A stretch of 32,000 nucleotides of DNA. It comes from Propionibacterium freudenreichii subsp. freudenreichii. Lineage in GTDB: Bacteria; Actinomycetota; Actinomycetes; Propionibacteriales; Propionibacteriaceae. The translations under genes and the position numbers were made by a program. Below are positions 1-8,181 of this stretch, piece after piece. The notes beneath the pieces were generated by a model. It searched no databases. It was not told where the DNA came from and saw only the letters and a list, made by a program, of their open reading frames with translations. Every line of letters begins with the position of its first letter. Position 1 is the stretch's first letter. The stretch is from NCBI RefSeq assembly GCF_000940845.1, contig NZ_CP010341.1, positions 1,110,001 to 1,142,000 of the forward strand, written 5' to 3'.

Positions 1-1
1 C

Positions 2-1561
2 AACCCGGACACGCAGGCGGATCCCTGGGGTGGGTTCGGGGCGACGTTGCGCACCGATTCCTACCTGGGCCACCGTGTGTTCAACAGCTATCACTCCGAG
101 ACGCAGCTGATGCGCTACCTGCGCACCCTGGAGGACCGCGACTTTGCGCTGGACCGGGGCATGATCCCGCTTGGTTCGTGCACGATGAAGTTGAATCCGG
201 CCACGGCCATGGAGCCCATCAGCTATCCCGGCTTCGCAAACCTGCATCCGTTCGCACCGGCCGAGGACGCACGCGGCTACCGCATCCTGATCGACGAGCT
301 GTCCGATTGGTTGGTGCAGGTGAGCGGTTATGCGGCCTGCAGCCTCCAGCCGAACTCCGGGGCCTCCGGCGAGTTCACCGGATTGCTGGCCATCCGCGCC
401 TATCACGAGTCACGCGCCGACCACGACCGCAAGGTCTGCCTGATCCCCTCATCGGCGCATGGCACCAATGCCGCCTCGGCGGCGATGGCCGGGCTGAAGG
501 TCGTGACCGTCCACTCGGCCCACGATGGCCAGGTGGACCTGGCGGACCTGGCGACGAAGATCGCCGAGAACCCCGGCAGGATCGCCGCGATCATGGTCAC
601 CTACCCGAGCACCCACGGTGTCTTCGAGGACACCATCACGCGCCTGTGCGAGATGGTGCATGAGGCTGGCGGGCAGGTCTACATTGACGGGGCCAACATG
701 AATGCGCTGGTGGGTCTGGCCCGGCCCGGCCGCTTCGGCGGTGACGTGACCCACCTCAACCTGCACAAGACCTTCGCGATCCCGCACGGTGGTGGCGGTC
801 CGGGCGTCGGTCCGATCGTGGTGGCCGACCACTTGGTCGAGTTCCTGCCGAACCACCCGGTCGTCCCGATGCCCGACGCGCGCATCGGTGCCGGCGGAAC
901 GGTGTCAGCCGCCCCCTGGGGTTCGGCGGGCGTGCTCGCCATCAGCTATGCCTACATCGCGATGATGGGGCCCGACGGGCTCACCAAGGCCACCCAGATG
1001 GCGTTGCTCAATGCCAACTACATCGCCGACCGACTGTCGGACTACTATCCGGTGCTCTACACCGGCGCCAACGACCTGGTCGCCCACGAGTGCATCCTCG
1101 ATCTGCGGGAATTGTCCGCCTCGACGGGCGTCAGCGTCGACGATGTGGCCAAGAGGCTGATCGACTACGGGTTCCATGCGCCCACGATGAGCTTCCCCGT
1201 GCCGGGGACCCTCATGGTCGAGCCCACCGAGAGCGAGGACCTGGGCGAGTTGGACCGCTTCTGCGATGCCATGATCGCCATTCGCGCCGAGATGGACAAG
1301 GTCGCCTCGGGTGCCTGGCCGGTGGACGACAATCCCTTGGTGAACGCTCCGCATCCCGTGAGCAGGATCGGCGCCGACGAGTGGTCACATCCCTATCCGC
1401 GCAGCGTCGCGGCCTTCCCGGCGGGACATCACACGGGACCCATCGAGGGGGAGGGTTCGGACAAGTACTGGCCGGCGGTGGCGCGCATCGACAACGCCTT
1501 CGGTGACCGGCACCTGTTGTGCGTTGCCCCCACCGACGAGCTGCTGGCCCAGCAACAGTAG
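2..1561 (+). CDS. gcvP: Glycine dehydrogenase (decarboxylating), glycine-cleavage P protein; 5' end lies outside the window
   Basis: The frame of ORF 47..1561 stays open back to the window edge. The translation carries GcvP hallmarks: [21 protein letters not shown] and the PLP-lysine region [18 protein letters not shown]. Confidence 0.93.
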   Translation, partial: NPDTQADPWGGFGATLRTDSYLGHRVFNSYHSETQLMRYLRTLEDRDFALDRGMIPLGSCTMKLNPATAMEPISYPGFANLHPFAPAEDARGYRILIDELSDWLVQVSGYAACSLQPNSGASGEFTGLLAIRAYHESRADHDRKVCLIPSSAHGTNAASAAMAGLKVVTVHSAHDGQVDLADLATKIAENPGRIAAIMVTYPSTHGVFEDTITRLCEMVHEAGGQVYIDGANMNALVGLARPGRFGGDVTHLNLHKTFAIPHGGGGPGVGPIVVADHLVEFLPNHPVVPMPDARIGAGGTVSAAPWGSAGVLAISYAYIAMMGPDGLTKATQMALLNANYIADRLSDYYPVLYTGANDLVAHECILDLRELSASTGVSVDDVAKRLIDYGFHAPTMSFPVPGTLMVEPTESEDLGELDRFCDAMIAIRAEMDKVASGAWPVDDNPLVNAPHPVSRIGADEWSHPYPRSVAAFPAGHHTGPIEGEGSDKYWPAVARIDNAFGDRHLLCVAPTDELLAQQQ

Positions 1562-1578
1562 GAGGGACGTGGGCTACC

Positions 1579-3027
1579 GTGGTCAGGGTGCGCACAGTGA
1601 CCACGGTGGCCGACGATGGGCCCGCAACCCGTGACCGCGGCGGCAATCTGGCGACCGCGGTCAGCAGACGTGTCACGAAGGTCCTGCAGTGGGCTGCCCA
1701 CACGCCGTGGGCGGCCCACCTGTGGAGGGCCAATGATCGCTACAACAATCGCCTGGGGAACCAGTTCGCGGGGGGCATCACCTATTTCAGTGTCCTCGCC
1801 TCCGTCCCGGTGCTCATGTTCGCCTTCAGTGGCCTGGGCCTCACCCTGACGGTCATCCGTCCCGCCCTGCTCGATGATGTCAAGGGCATCGTGGTGGCCA
1901 ACCTGTATCCCGGCCCGATGCGCGACACCGTGCTGCAATACCTGGAGCAGTACCTCTACCACTGGCAGACGGTCGGACTGATCGCCATCGTCGTGGCGTT
2001 GTGGGCGGGCGCCGGGTGGATGGGCAATGTGAAGAGCGCCATCCGGGCCATGTGGCGTCCCGAGTTCGACATGACCGAGGACAAGCACTTCTTCTTCGTC
2101 GAGGTCGCCGTCAATGCGCTCCTGCTGTTGGGCCTCATCGTGCTGGTGGGAGTGCTGCTCGCGGCCAACACCGTGTTCACCGGATGGGGCAGCGAGCTGT
2201 TGGGCCTGGCCCACCTCGGCGAATTGAGGATCTCGGCCGGACTGTTGCGGCTCATCTCGTTGTCGGCGTCCCTGCTGGGTGGCTGGGCGCTGTTCATCTG
2301 CATGTTCCGGGTGCTGCCGCAGACCCATTCGTCGTGGCGGTCGGTGTTGCGCGGCTCGGCGGTTGCCGCCGTGCTGTTCTGGGTGATGCAGGCCGTTGCC
2401 ACCCAACTCGCCGGGGTCTTCGCCCGCAACCGCAGCGCCGCGCTGTGGGGAGCGACCCTGATCGTCGGATTGCTGTTCCTGAACCTGTTCGCGCGGTTGT
2501 TGCTGTATGTCGCGGCGTGGATCGCCACCGCCAACCAACCTGCCGTGGCCCGTCGGTGGAGTGACTTTGACCAGTTGCTTCGCGAACGCGACGACACGAT
2601 CGCGGTGCCCGACCACTGGGCCGCCGCCGACCAGGACCATGCCGAACGCAGCGCGGAGGAAACCGACGAGGCCACCGCGTCGCGACGGGCAGCCGCCCGA
2701 GCCGTTGACGTGGTCGTCGGAAGCGTCATGTCGGGGCTGGGCGGGCCTCCGACCGATGTGGCCGGGGCTGCACCGCTGCTCAGTCCCGGCGGGGCGCGTA
2801 CGGCCATGCCCCCGGCCCCGGCGACGGAGCCGACGGTCGCCAAGGATTCCGTGCTCGTGTCAGCCGGCCGCTCCCTGCGACGTCCCGAATCAACGCGGGC
2901 CAGTTGGGGCGCCTGGCTGCTCGGGGTCGTGACGGGGCTCGGGGCAGGGGCCGGTCTGGTGCGCCGCGGACTGCGCCGCACCGGACGTGATGGGCGCGGT
3001 CAGCGCGGACGTACCGAGAAGGCGTAA
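1579..3027 (+). CDS. YihY/BrkB-family integral membrane protein with a long Ala/Arg/Gly-rich C-terminal tail
   Basis: ORF 1519..3027. GGITYFSVLASVPVLMFAFSGLGL and several further hydrophobic segments match the YihY family. The start is uncertain: the track start at 1519 overlaps the gcvP end, while GTG 1579 follows GGAGGGA at 1561-1567. Confidence 0.75.
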   Translation: MVRVRTVTTVADDGPATRDRGGNLATAVSRRVTKVLQWAAHTPWAAHLWRANDRYNNRLGNQFAGGITYFSVLASVPVLMFAFSGLGLTLTVIRPALLDDVKGIVVANLYPGPMRDTVLQYLEQYLYHWQTVGLIAIVVALWAGAGWMGNVKSAIRAMWRPEFDMTEDKHFFFVEVAVNALLLLGLIVLVGVLLAANTVFTGWGSELLGLAHLGELRISAGLLRLISLSASLLGGWALFICMFRVLPQTHSSWRSVLRGSAVAAVLFWVMQAVATQLAGVFARNRSAALWGATLIVGLLFLNLFARLLLYVAAWIATANQPAVARRWSDFDQLLRERDDTIAVPDHWAAADQDHAERSAEETDEATASRRAAARAVDVVVGSVMSGLGGPPTDVAGAAPLLSPGGARTAMPPAPATEPTVAKDSVLVSAGRSLRRPESTRASWGAWLLGVVTGLGAGAGLVRRGLRRTGRDGRGQRGRTEKA

Positions 3028-5207
3028 TCGGCCGTGCTGGTGGATGTCACCATCGGCGGATGGAGGTCCGTGATGCGGAAGCGCCGCCTGCGGGAGACCA
3101 TCAGCACGATGCATCCAAGGCACACCACCGTGATCGCCACCAGGATGGCGAGCGCTCCCCAGTAGGTGCTGTTGAGCCCACCCGAGATCACCACCCGGAA
3201 GGCATCGACGGAGTATTTCATCGGTGAGATGACGGCGAGCTTCTGGTAGATCGGCGGCAGCAACAGCGCGGGGAAGGTGCCACCGCAGGCCGGTAGTTGA
3301 AGGATCAGCAGAATGAGGTACACGGCCGTCTGCGGGGAGCCGAACACCAGCCTGAGCAGATAGGCCGGCGCCATGAAGGCCAAGGCCGTGACGACCAGCA
3401 GGAGCAGGAACTTCCATGGATGGACCGGGTTGAGTCCCAGGGTGACCCAGACGGTGAGCCCCATCAACAGGGATGCCGCCAGGGCGACGGTTGCCACCGG
3501 ACCGAAGCCCAGCATGGTGATCCGCAGCGGACTCGCGCGGCCGGTCAGGGCCCGCCCGGATATGGTGCGGACCACCAGGAAGATCGAGACGCCGGCGATC
3601 CACAGGGCAATAGAGAAGAACATGGGGGCAAGCCCACGTCCGTAGGCTCCGGCCGGGTTGTCGACGGTCTGGGTAACCGTGGCCGGCGACGCCATCACCT
3701 CTGCCATGGTGTTGCGCTGGTCCTCCGACAGGGTCGGGAGCTGGTCGGTGCCCTTCTGCAGTCCGGAGGCCAATGTCGCAGCGCCATTCGACAATTGCGG
3801 CATGGCCGTGTCAAGGCGCCCCAGGCCGTCGCTGAGCTGGTTGAGGCCCGAGACGGCGCCGGCTCCGGCCGACAGCAGGGTGTGCCCGGACGAGGTCGCC
3901 TGTCCCATGGCCGAGTTGAGTTGCTTGACGCCCTTGTCGGAGGTGTCGAGGGCGCCATTCAGCTGGTCGAGTCCGTGGTCAACCTGGGTGGCGGTGTCGC
4001 CGGCGCGGTCCAGGGCGTTGGTCAATGTCGTACCGGCCATCGCGAGGTTGTCCTTGTTGAGGTTCAGGTTCAGCCCCGCAGTCAGCTGCCCGGCCACCGC
4101 CAGGTTGCTGGTCACTGAGGTGTTCGCCGTGTCGGCCCCGCCCAATTGTGCCAGCAGGGACACATAGTCGGGATCGGTTGCGAGTTCGGGATGGTTGGCC
4201 AGCAACGAGGCGGCGGACTGCTTGGCCCCGGCCAGATCGGACTGCACGCTGATCACCGAGTTCCCGTTCGGGTTCTGCAATGACCCCGTGATCGACACGA
4301 GATGGGTGGCATCCTGCTGTAGTTGGGGCAGTTGCTTGTCGACGAAGTCGTTGACCGCCCCTGACGCATCCTTGGCCCCCGCCACGTCATTGCCGAGCTG
4401 CTTGCCGGAGGCGATGATGGTGGCCGCACCCGCCCGTGCCTGCCCGGCGGCCTGGCTGAGCGTCAGGGCGGACGCCGAGCTGTCATCCAGTGCGCCGTTC
4501 AGCGAATCCAGGGCAGGTTTCAGCCCCGAGGTGTCAGAGACTGCGGCGGCCACCTGATCCTTCATCTGGTGGACCCCGTCGGCCGCCTGTGACAGGCCAC
4601 TGTCGAGGGTCGCCGCCCCCTGTGCGGCGGTGTTGAGGCTCGACTTGATGGTGTTCAGGTTGACGAACAGCGACTGGAAATAGGTCTGCGACACGCTCTG
4701 GTCGAGCGTCTTGGCCAGGGTGTCGTCCATCTTCGAGGTGAGCAGGCCGATGATGTAGCCGTTCGCGTCATCGCGTTCCAGCGAGAGGGTTGCGCGCGCG
4801 GGCTTGTAGTCGCCGGCACCCACCAGCCTGGTGGAGAAGTCCTGCGGCACGGTGAGCACCGCGTAGTAATCGCCCTTGTGCAGGCCACGCTCGGCCTTCG
4901 CCCCATCGGTGCCCAGGAACTGCCAGCCGAAGGTGGGATTGTCACGCAGCGCCTGCTCGAAGTCCCGCCCGCCGCTGACCGTCTTATCGGCGAAGCTGGC
5001 CGGCTGGTCGTGGTTCACCACAGCGATCTTCACGCGATCGAGGTGGTTGTACAGGTCCCAGTTGGCGTGCAAGTAAACCCCGCCGTACAGCAGCGGGATG
5101 ATCAGGATGAAGAACAGCGCCAGGCGCGAGCGTCCCTTGAAGCGACGGAACTCGAACTGGATGAGCTGCCCGAAGGGCACGAAAAGATCTGATTTCTTCC
5201 ACGACAT
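3000..5207 (-). CDS. YhgE/Pip domain-containing membrane protein (ABC-2-type permease partner)
   Basis: 735-aa ORF. It has the YhgE/Pip N-terminal signature (FEFRRFKGRSRLALFFILIIPLLYGGVYLHANWD), a long Ala/Gln/Leu/Ser-rich coiled central region and a C-terminal cluster of TM helices. It starts 4 nt after the upstream ATPase gene. Confidence 0.85.
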   Translation of the reverse strand: MSWKKSDLFVPFGQLIQFEFRRFKGRSRLALFFILIIPLLYGGVYLHANWDLYNHLDRVKIAVVNHDQPASFADKTVSGGRDFEQALRDNPTFGWQFLGTDGAKAERGLHKGDYYAVLTVPQDFSTRLVGAGDYKPARATLSLERDDANGYIIGLLTSKMDDTLAKTLDQSVSQTYFQSLFVNLNTIKSSLNTAAQGAATLDSGLSQAADGVHQMKDQVAAAVSDTSGLKPALDSLNGALDDSSASALTLSQAAGQARAGAATIIASGKQLGNDVAGAKDASGAVNDFVDKQLPQLQQDATHLVSITGSLQNPNGNSVISVQSDLAGAKQSAASLLANHPELATDPDYVSLLAQLGGADTANTSVTSNLAVAGQLTAGLNLNLNKDNLAMAGTTLTNALDRAGDTATQVDHGLDQLNGALDTSDKGVKQLNSAMGQATSSGHTLLSAGAGAVSGLNQLSDGLGRLDTAMPQLSNGAATLASGLQKGTDQLPTLSEDQRNTMAEVMASPATVTQTVDNPAGAYGRGLAPMFFSIALWIAGVSIFLVVRTISGRALTGRASPLRITMLGFGPVATVALAASLLMGLTVWVTLGLNPVHPWKFLLLLVVTALAFMAPAYLLRLVFGSPQTAVYLILLILQLPACGGTFPALLLPPIYQKLAVISPMKYSVDAFRVVISGGLNSTYWGALAILVAITVVCLGCIVLMVSRRRRFRITDLHPPMVTSTSTADYAFSVRPR

Positions 5208-5211
5208 GGCG

Positions 5212-6024
5212 TCACTTGTCCGGGTTGGGTGTCTGGGTGGGGGAGGGGGCGGCGACCTGATCGTCGCCCATGGCCGCTCCGGCAGGCCGCCCGCGGGCGG
5301 TGAGGGGAGCCAGGGCGGCCTGCGCCAGGCTGATCGGGACGGGCTCGGAGCCGAGTGGTTCCACGACCTGGGGACGGTCGCTGCGCAGGCTCAGGCTGAT
5401 GGCAGTGGCTGGGATCAGGTCATCATCGACGACTGAGGCGACGATCACGGAGTCATCCAGGGTGGTCAGGCGCTCGAGGAGGGCGAACAGGAGCGACTGC
5501 TGGGAATGGGGCACGGTCATATCGGCATCGTCGATCACCACCACCCGGGAGGGCCGGATCATGGCCAGCGCCACTGAGGAGATTGCCTTCTCGATGGGCG
5601 TGAGCGATTCCAGCTCCACATGCTTCTCGATGCGGAAGCCAACGGTTTCCTCCATCGCGGCCACCCGGTCGGCTGCCAAGCGACGCGGGAATCCGTCCAG
5701 GAAGCAGCGCTCGGTGATCGACTCGGCCAAGGTGAGCCTGTCCTCGGGGCGTACATAGTCGCCCAATTGGGCGACGCTGGTCATCTGCATCGCCTCAAGC
5801 GGGTCATGGATCGCGTCGACGCCGTCGATGGTCAACAGCCCCGACAGGGGACGGAACCGGCCCGTCAGGGCCAGCAGCAGCGCGGACTTGCCCGAGCCGA
5901 GCGGCCCATGGACCATGCACAGCTGTCGGGCGTGGACATCAAGGTCGATGGGCCCGAAGATCCGACCCTGGCGTCCGCTGGACTCCAGTTCGCGGGCATG
6001 CAGCACCACGCGCTCGTCACTCAT
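5212..6024 (-). CDS. ABC-transporter ATP-binding protein with degenerate catalytic motifs
   Basis: Walker A is GPLGSGKS and the Q-loop is SVAQLG. The signature position reads LTPIEKA instead of LSGGQ. Walker B is VVVIDDAD, with no Glu after the Asp, and I see no H-loop His. The start overlaps the tetR stop by 4 nt. Confidence 0.8.
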   Translation of the reverse strand: MSDERVVLHARELESSGRQGRIFGPIDLDVHARQLCMVHGPLGSGKSALLLALTGRFRPLSGLLTIDGVDAIHDPLEAMQMTSVAQLGDYVRPEDRLTLAESITERCFLDGFPRRLAADRVAAMEETVGFRIEKHVELESLTPIEKAISSVALAMIRPSRVVVIDDADMTVPHSQQSLLFALLERLTTLDDSVIVASVVDDDLIPATAISLSLRSDRPQVVEPLGSEPVPISLAQAALAPLTARGRPAGAAMGDDQVAAPSPTQTPNPDK

Positions 6025-6635
6025 GCGGAAAGTCCCCCCAGGACTGAGGCGAGAACCGACCGGATGGCGGCCGGGGTGACCATGTGCGGTGCCGCCGCAT
6101 GCTCCAGCGCCAGGAGGCTGATCAACTCGAACACGGTCCAGATTGCCTCACGGGTGCGCTGGGGGCCCAGTCTTCGGGCCAGTGGGTGGCCGTCCAGCAG
6201 CCGCATGGCCTGTTCCGTGCGCTCCCGGAGCAACGTCGCATAGCTTTCTGCCACCTGCGGGTCGTGGACGGCCAGTTGCCGGAACTCGCCCAGGGCCACC
6301 TGCCAGGGGCCGGATTCGATGACGATCTGCGCGAAGCTGTCCGCAATGCGGTCGATGGCCGAGGCATCCCGGGCACCGTTGGCGAACATGGCGTCGAGCT
6401 CGGCGATCACCGGCGGGCTGAGGCGGTTGATGTTCTCGATGCAGATGGTGGAGAACAGCTCCGGCTTGGATTCGAAGTTGGAGTAGACCGCGCCCTTGGT
6501 GAAGCCGGCTGATTCGGCGATCTGGGTCATGCTGGCTCGGGCATAGCCGTGCGTGCGGAATGCCCGGCTTGCGGCGTCGATCACCTTGCGGCGTACCTGT
6601 TGGCGTGTCGGACGATGCGCCACGTGGAGGGGCAC
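6021..6635 (-). CDS. TetR/AcrR-family transcriptional regulator
   Basis: N-terminal HTH VIDAASRAFRTHGYARASMTQIAESAGFTKGAVYSNFESKPELF. GTG start at 6635, preceded by GGGAGG with a 7-nt spacer. Confidence 0.92.
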   Translation of the reverse strand: MPLHVAHRPTRQQVRRKVIDAASRAFRTHGYARASMTQIAESAGFTKGAVYSNFESKPELFSTICIENINRLSPPVIAELDAMFANGARDASAIDRIADSFAQIVIESGPWQVALGEFRQLAVHDPQVAESYATLLRERTEQAMRLLDGHPLARRLGPQRTREAIWTVFELISLLALEHAAAPHMVTPAAIRSVLASVLGGLSA

Positions 6636-6662
6636 AGCGAGACCTCCCTGAGAGGAAAACGT

Positions 6663-6681
6663 TCGATACCGGCGGTATCGA
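6663..6681. promoter_or_regulatory. Perfect palindrome TCGATACC-GGC-GGTATCGA; candidate TetR operator
   Basis: 8-bp inverted arms with a 3-bp spacer, read directly from the sequence, 28-46 nt upstream of the tetR GTG. This is the only intergenic region of that operon. Confidence 0.5.
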
Positions 6682-6728
6682 GATGTCCACGGTACAACGC
6701 CCGGCGGGGATCCCGTGAGCGCGGCGGC

Positions 6729-7550
6729 TCAGGCGAACAATGCCAGGGTCAACAAATAGGCCAGGCCGCTCATCTCGACCAGGGACCCGAAGGTGTCGCC
6801 GGTCAGTCCTCCGAGCCGCGCCAGGATATGGCGGCGCCACGCCACGCCGAAGACCCAGCTGGCCAGGCAGGCACACACCGCCACGAGGGCGGCCCGCCAG
6901 CCGAAGAGCAGCCATCCACTGCCCGCGGCGATCACCGCGGCGATCACTGAGGCGACCACGATCGTCGCAGGGTGCGTCTTTCCGGCGAAGAGCGCTCCGA
7001 ACCCCTTCTTGTGGGCGCTCGGAATCCATCGTCCGGTGGCGGACAGGGCGCTGACGCGCGCCACCATGGGCATTGTCACCAGCAGCCAGACGCCACGCCA
7101 GCCATCAAGGTGTCCTGAACCGCCTGCCGCGATCTCCAACGCCAGCACGAGGATGATGGCGGTGACGCCCATGGGCCCGATGTCTGATTGGCGCATGATG
7201 GTCAGGGCCTCGTGGGCCGGCTTGCGGGAGCCCAGGCCGTCGGCGGTGTCGGCGAGTCCGTCGAGGTGCAGGAAGCCGGTGCACAGGGCCAGGATTGCCA
7301 GGCCTGCTGCGATTGCCAGTGGCTGGCCGCCCCCCGCGACGGTGACGATGGCGCAGCCGAGTCCGGCGATCAGGCCCAGTCCGAGGCCGACCCACGGCAT
7401 CGAGGCGATCGCCCGCACGGCGAGTCGCTCATCCACCTCGGCCACCACGGGTGCGGGCAGCACCGTGAACAGTCCCCAGGCAGCCAGCAGTCCATTGCGG
7501 GTGGCCACGTCAGATCGCGTCCTTCGGTTGGGGGTCCGTGCCGGCGCCAT
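6729..7550 (-). CDS. cobS: Adenosylcobinamide-GDP ribazoletransferase (cobalamin synthase)
   Basis: GFLHLDGLADTADGLG and LTGDTFGSLVEMSGLAYLL motifs in a polytopic membrane protein. An alternative GTG start at 7508 lies 1 nt after the cobU stop; the ATG at 7550 would overlap cobU by 41 nt. Confidence 0.9.
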   Translation of the reverse strand: MAPARTPNRRTRSDVATRNGLLAAWGLFTVLPAPVVAEVDERLAVRAIASMPWVGLGLGLIAGLGCAIVTVAGGGQPLAIAAGLAILALCTGFLHLDGLADTADGLGSRKPAHEALTIMRQSDIGPMGVTAIILVLALEIAAGGSGHLDGWRGVWLLVTMPMVARVSALSATGRWIPSAHKKGFGALFAGKTHPATIVVASVIAAVIAAGSGWLLFGWRAALVAVCACLASWVFGVAWRRHILARLGGLTGDTFGSLVEMSGLAYLLTLALFA

Positions 7551-8181
7551 GAGGGCCTCCCGGTCGCGGTGGCAGGCTCAGCGCCCGTCCGGCGACGCAC
7601 AGCAGTACCTCGTCGCAGGCGTCCGCGACGCTGGCGTTGAGGATTCCCAGCCAGTCACGGAAGGTGCGCCCTGCCTGCGTGGCGGGCACCACGCCGGAAC
7701 CGACCTCGTTGGTGACCAGCACCACGCGGCGCGGGGAGCCGGCGACCGCAGTGGCCAACTCATCGATGCGGTGCTGCAGCTCGGGGCGGGCCTGCTCCGG
7801 GTGCTGCCAGGCGTCGGTGACGTCCAGCTCGCGGGTGAGCCACACGCCCAGGCAATCGACCAGGGCGGGGGAGCCGTCGTCGGACAGCACCTGCGCCACG
7901 TCAAGGGTCTCCACGGTGTTCCAGCTCTTCGGGCGGCGCGCGACGTGGGCGGCGATGCGGGCCATCCACTCGGGGTCGTCAGGGTTGCGTTGCGAGGTGG
8001 CGATGTAGTCGACGTGGTCGAACGACCCCAGCAGCGCCTCGGCATAGCTGGACTTCCCGCTCCGGGCGCCCCCGGTGACGAGGGTTCGTGCCGGACGTTG
8101 CCGGGCACCGAGGCCTGACAGCTGATCGAGCAGCCTTCGGGACTCGGGACTGTCAGGAACGTCCACGACGATGCGGGTCAT
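7510..8181 (-). CDS. cobU: Bifunctional adenosylcobinamide kinase / adenosylcobinamide-phosphate guanylyltransferase
   Basis: P-loop LVTGGARSGKSSYAE, then VLVTNEVGSGVVP. The ATG at 8181 overlaps the upstream gene's TGA as ATGA (8178-8181). The 160 upstream codons of track ORF 7510..8661 are a shadow over the preceding gene. Confidence 0.9.
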   Translation of the reverse strand: MTRIVVDVPDSPESRRLLDQLSGLGARQRPARTLVTGGARSGKSSYAEALLGSFDHVDYIATSQRNPDDPEWMARIAAHVARRPKSWNTVETLDVAQVLSDDGSPALVDCLGVWLTRELDVTDAWQHPEQARPELQHRIDELATAVAGSPRRVVLVTNEVGSGVVPATQAGRTFRDWLGILNASVADACDEVLLCVAGRALSLPPRPGGPHGAGTDPQPKDAI

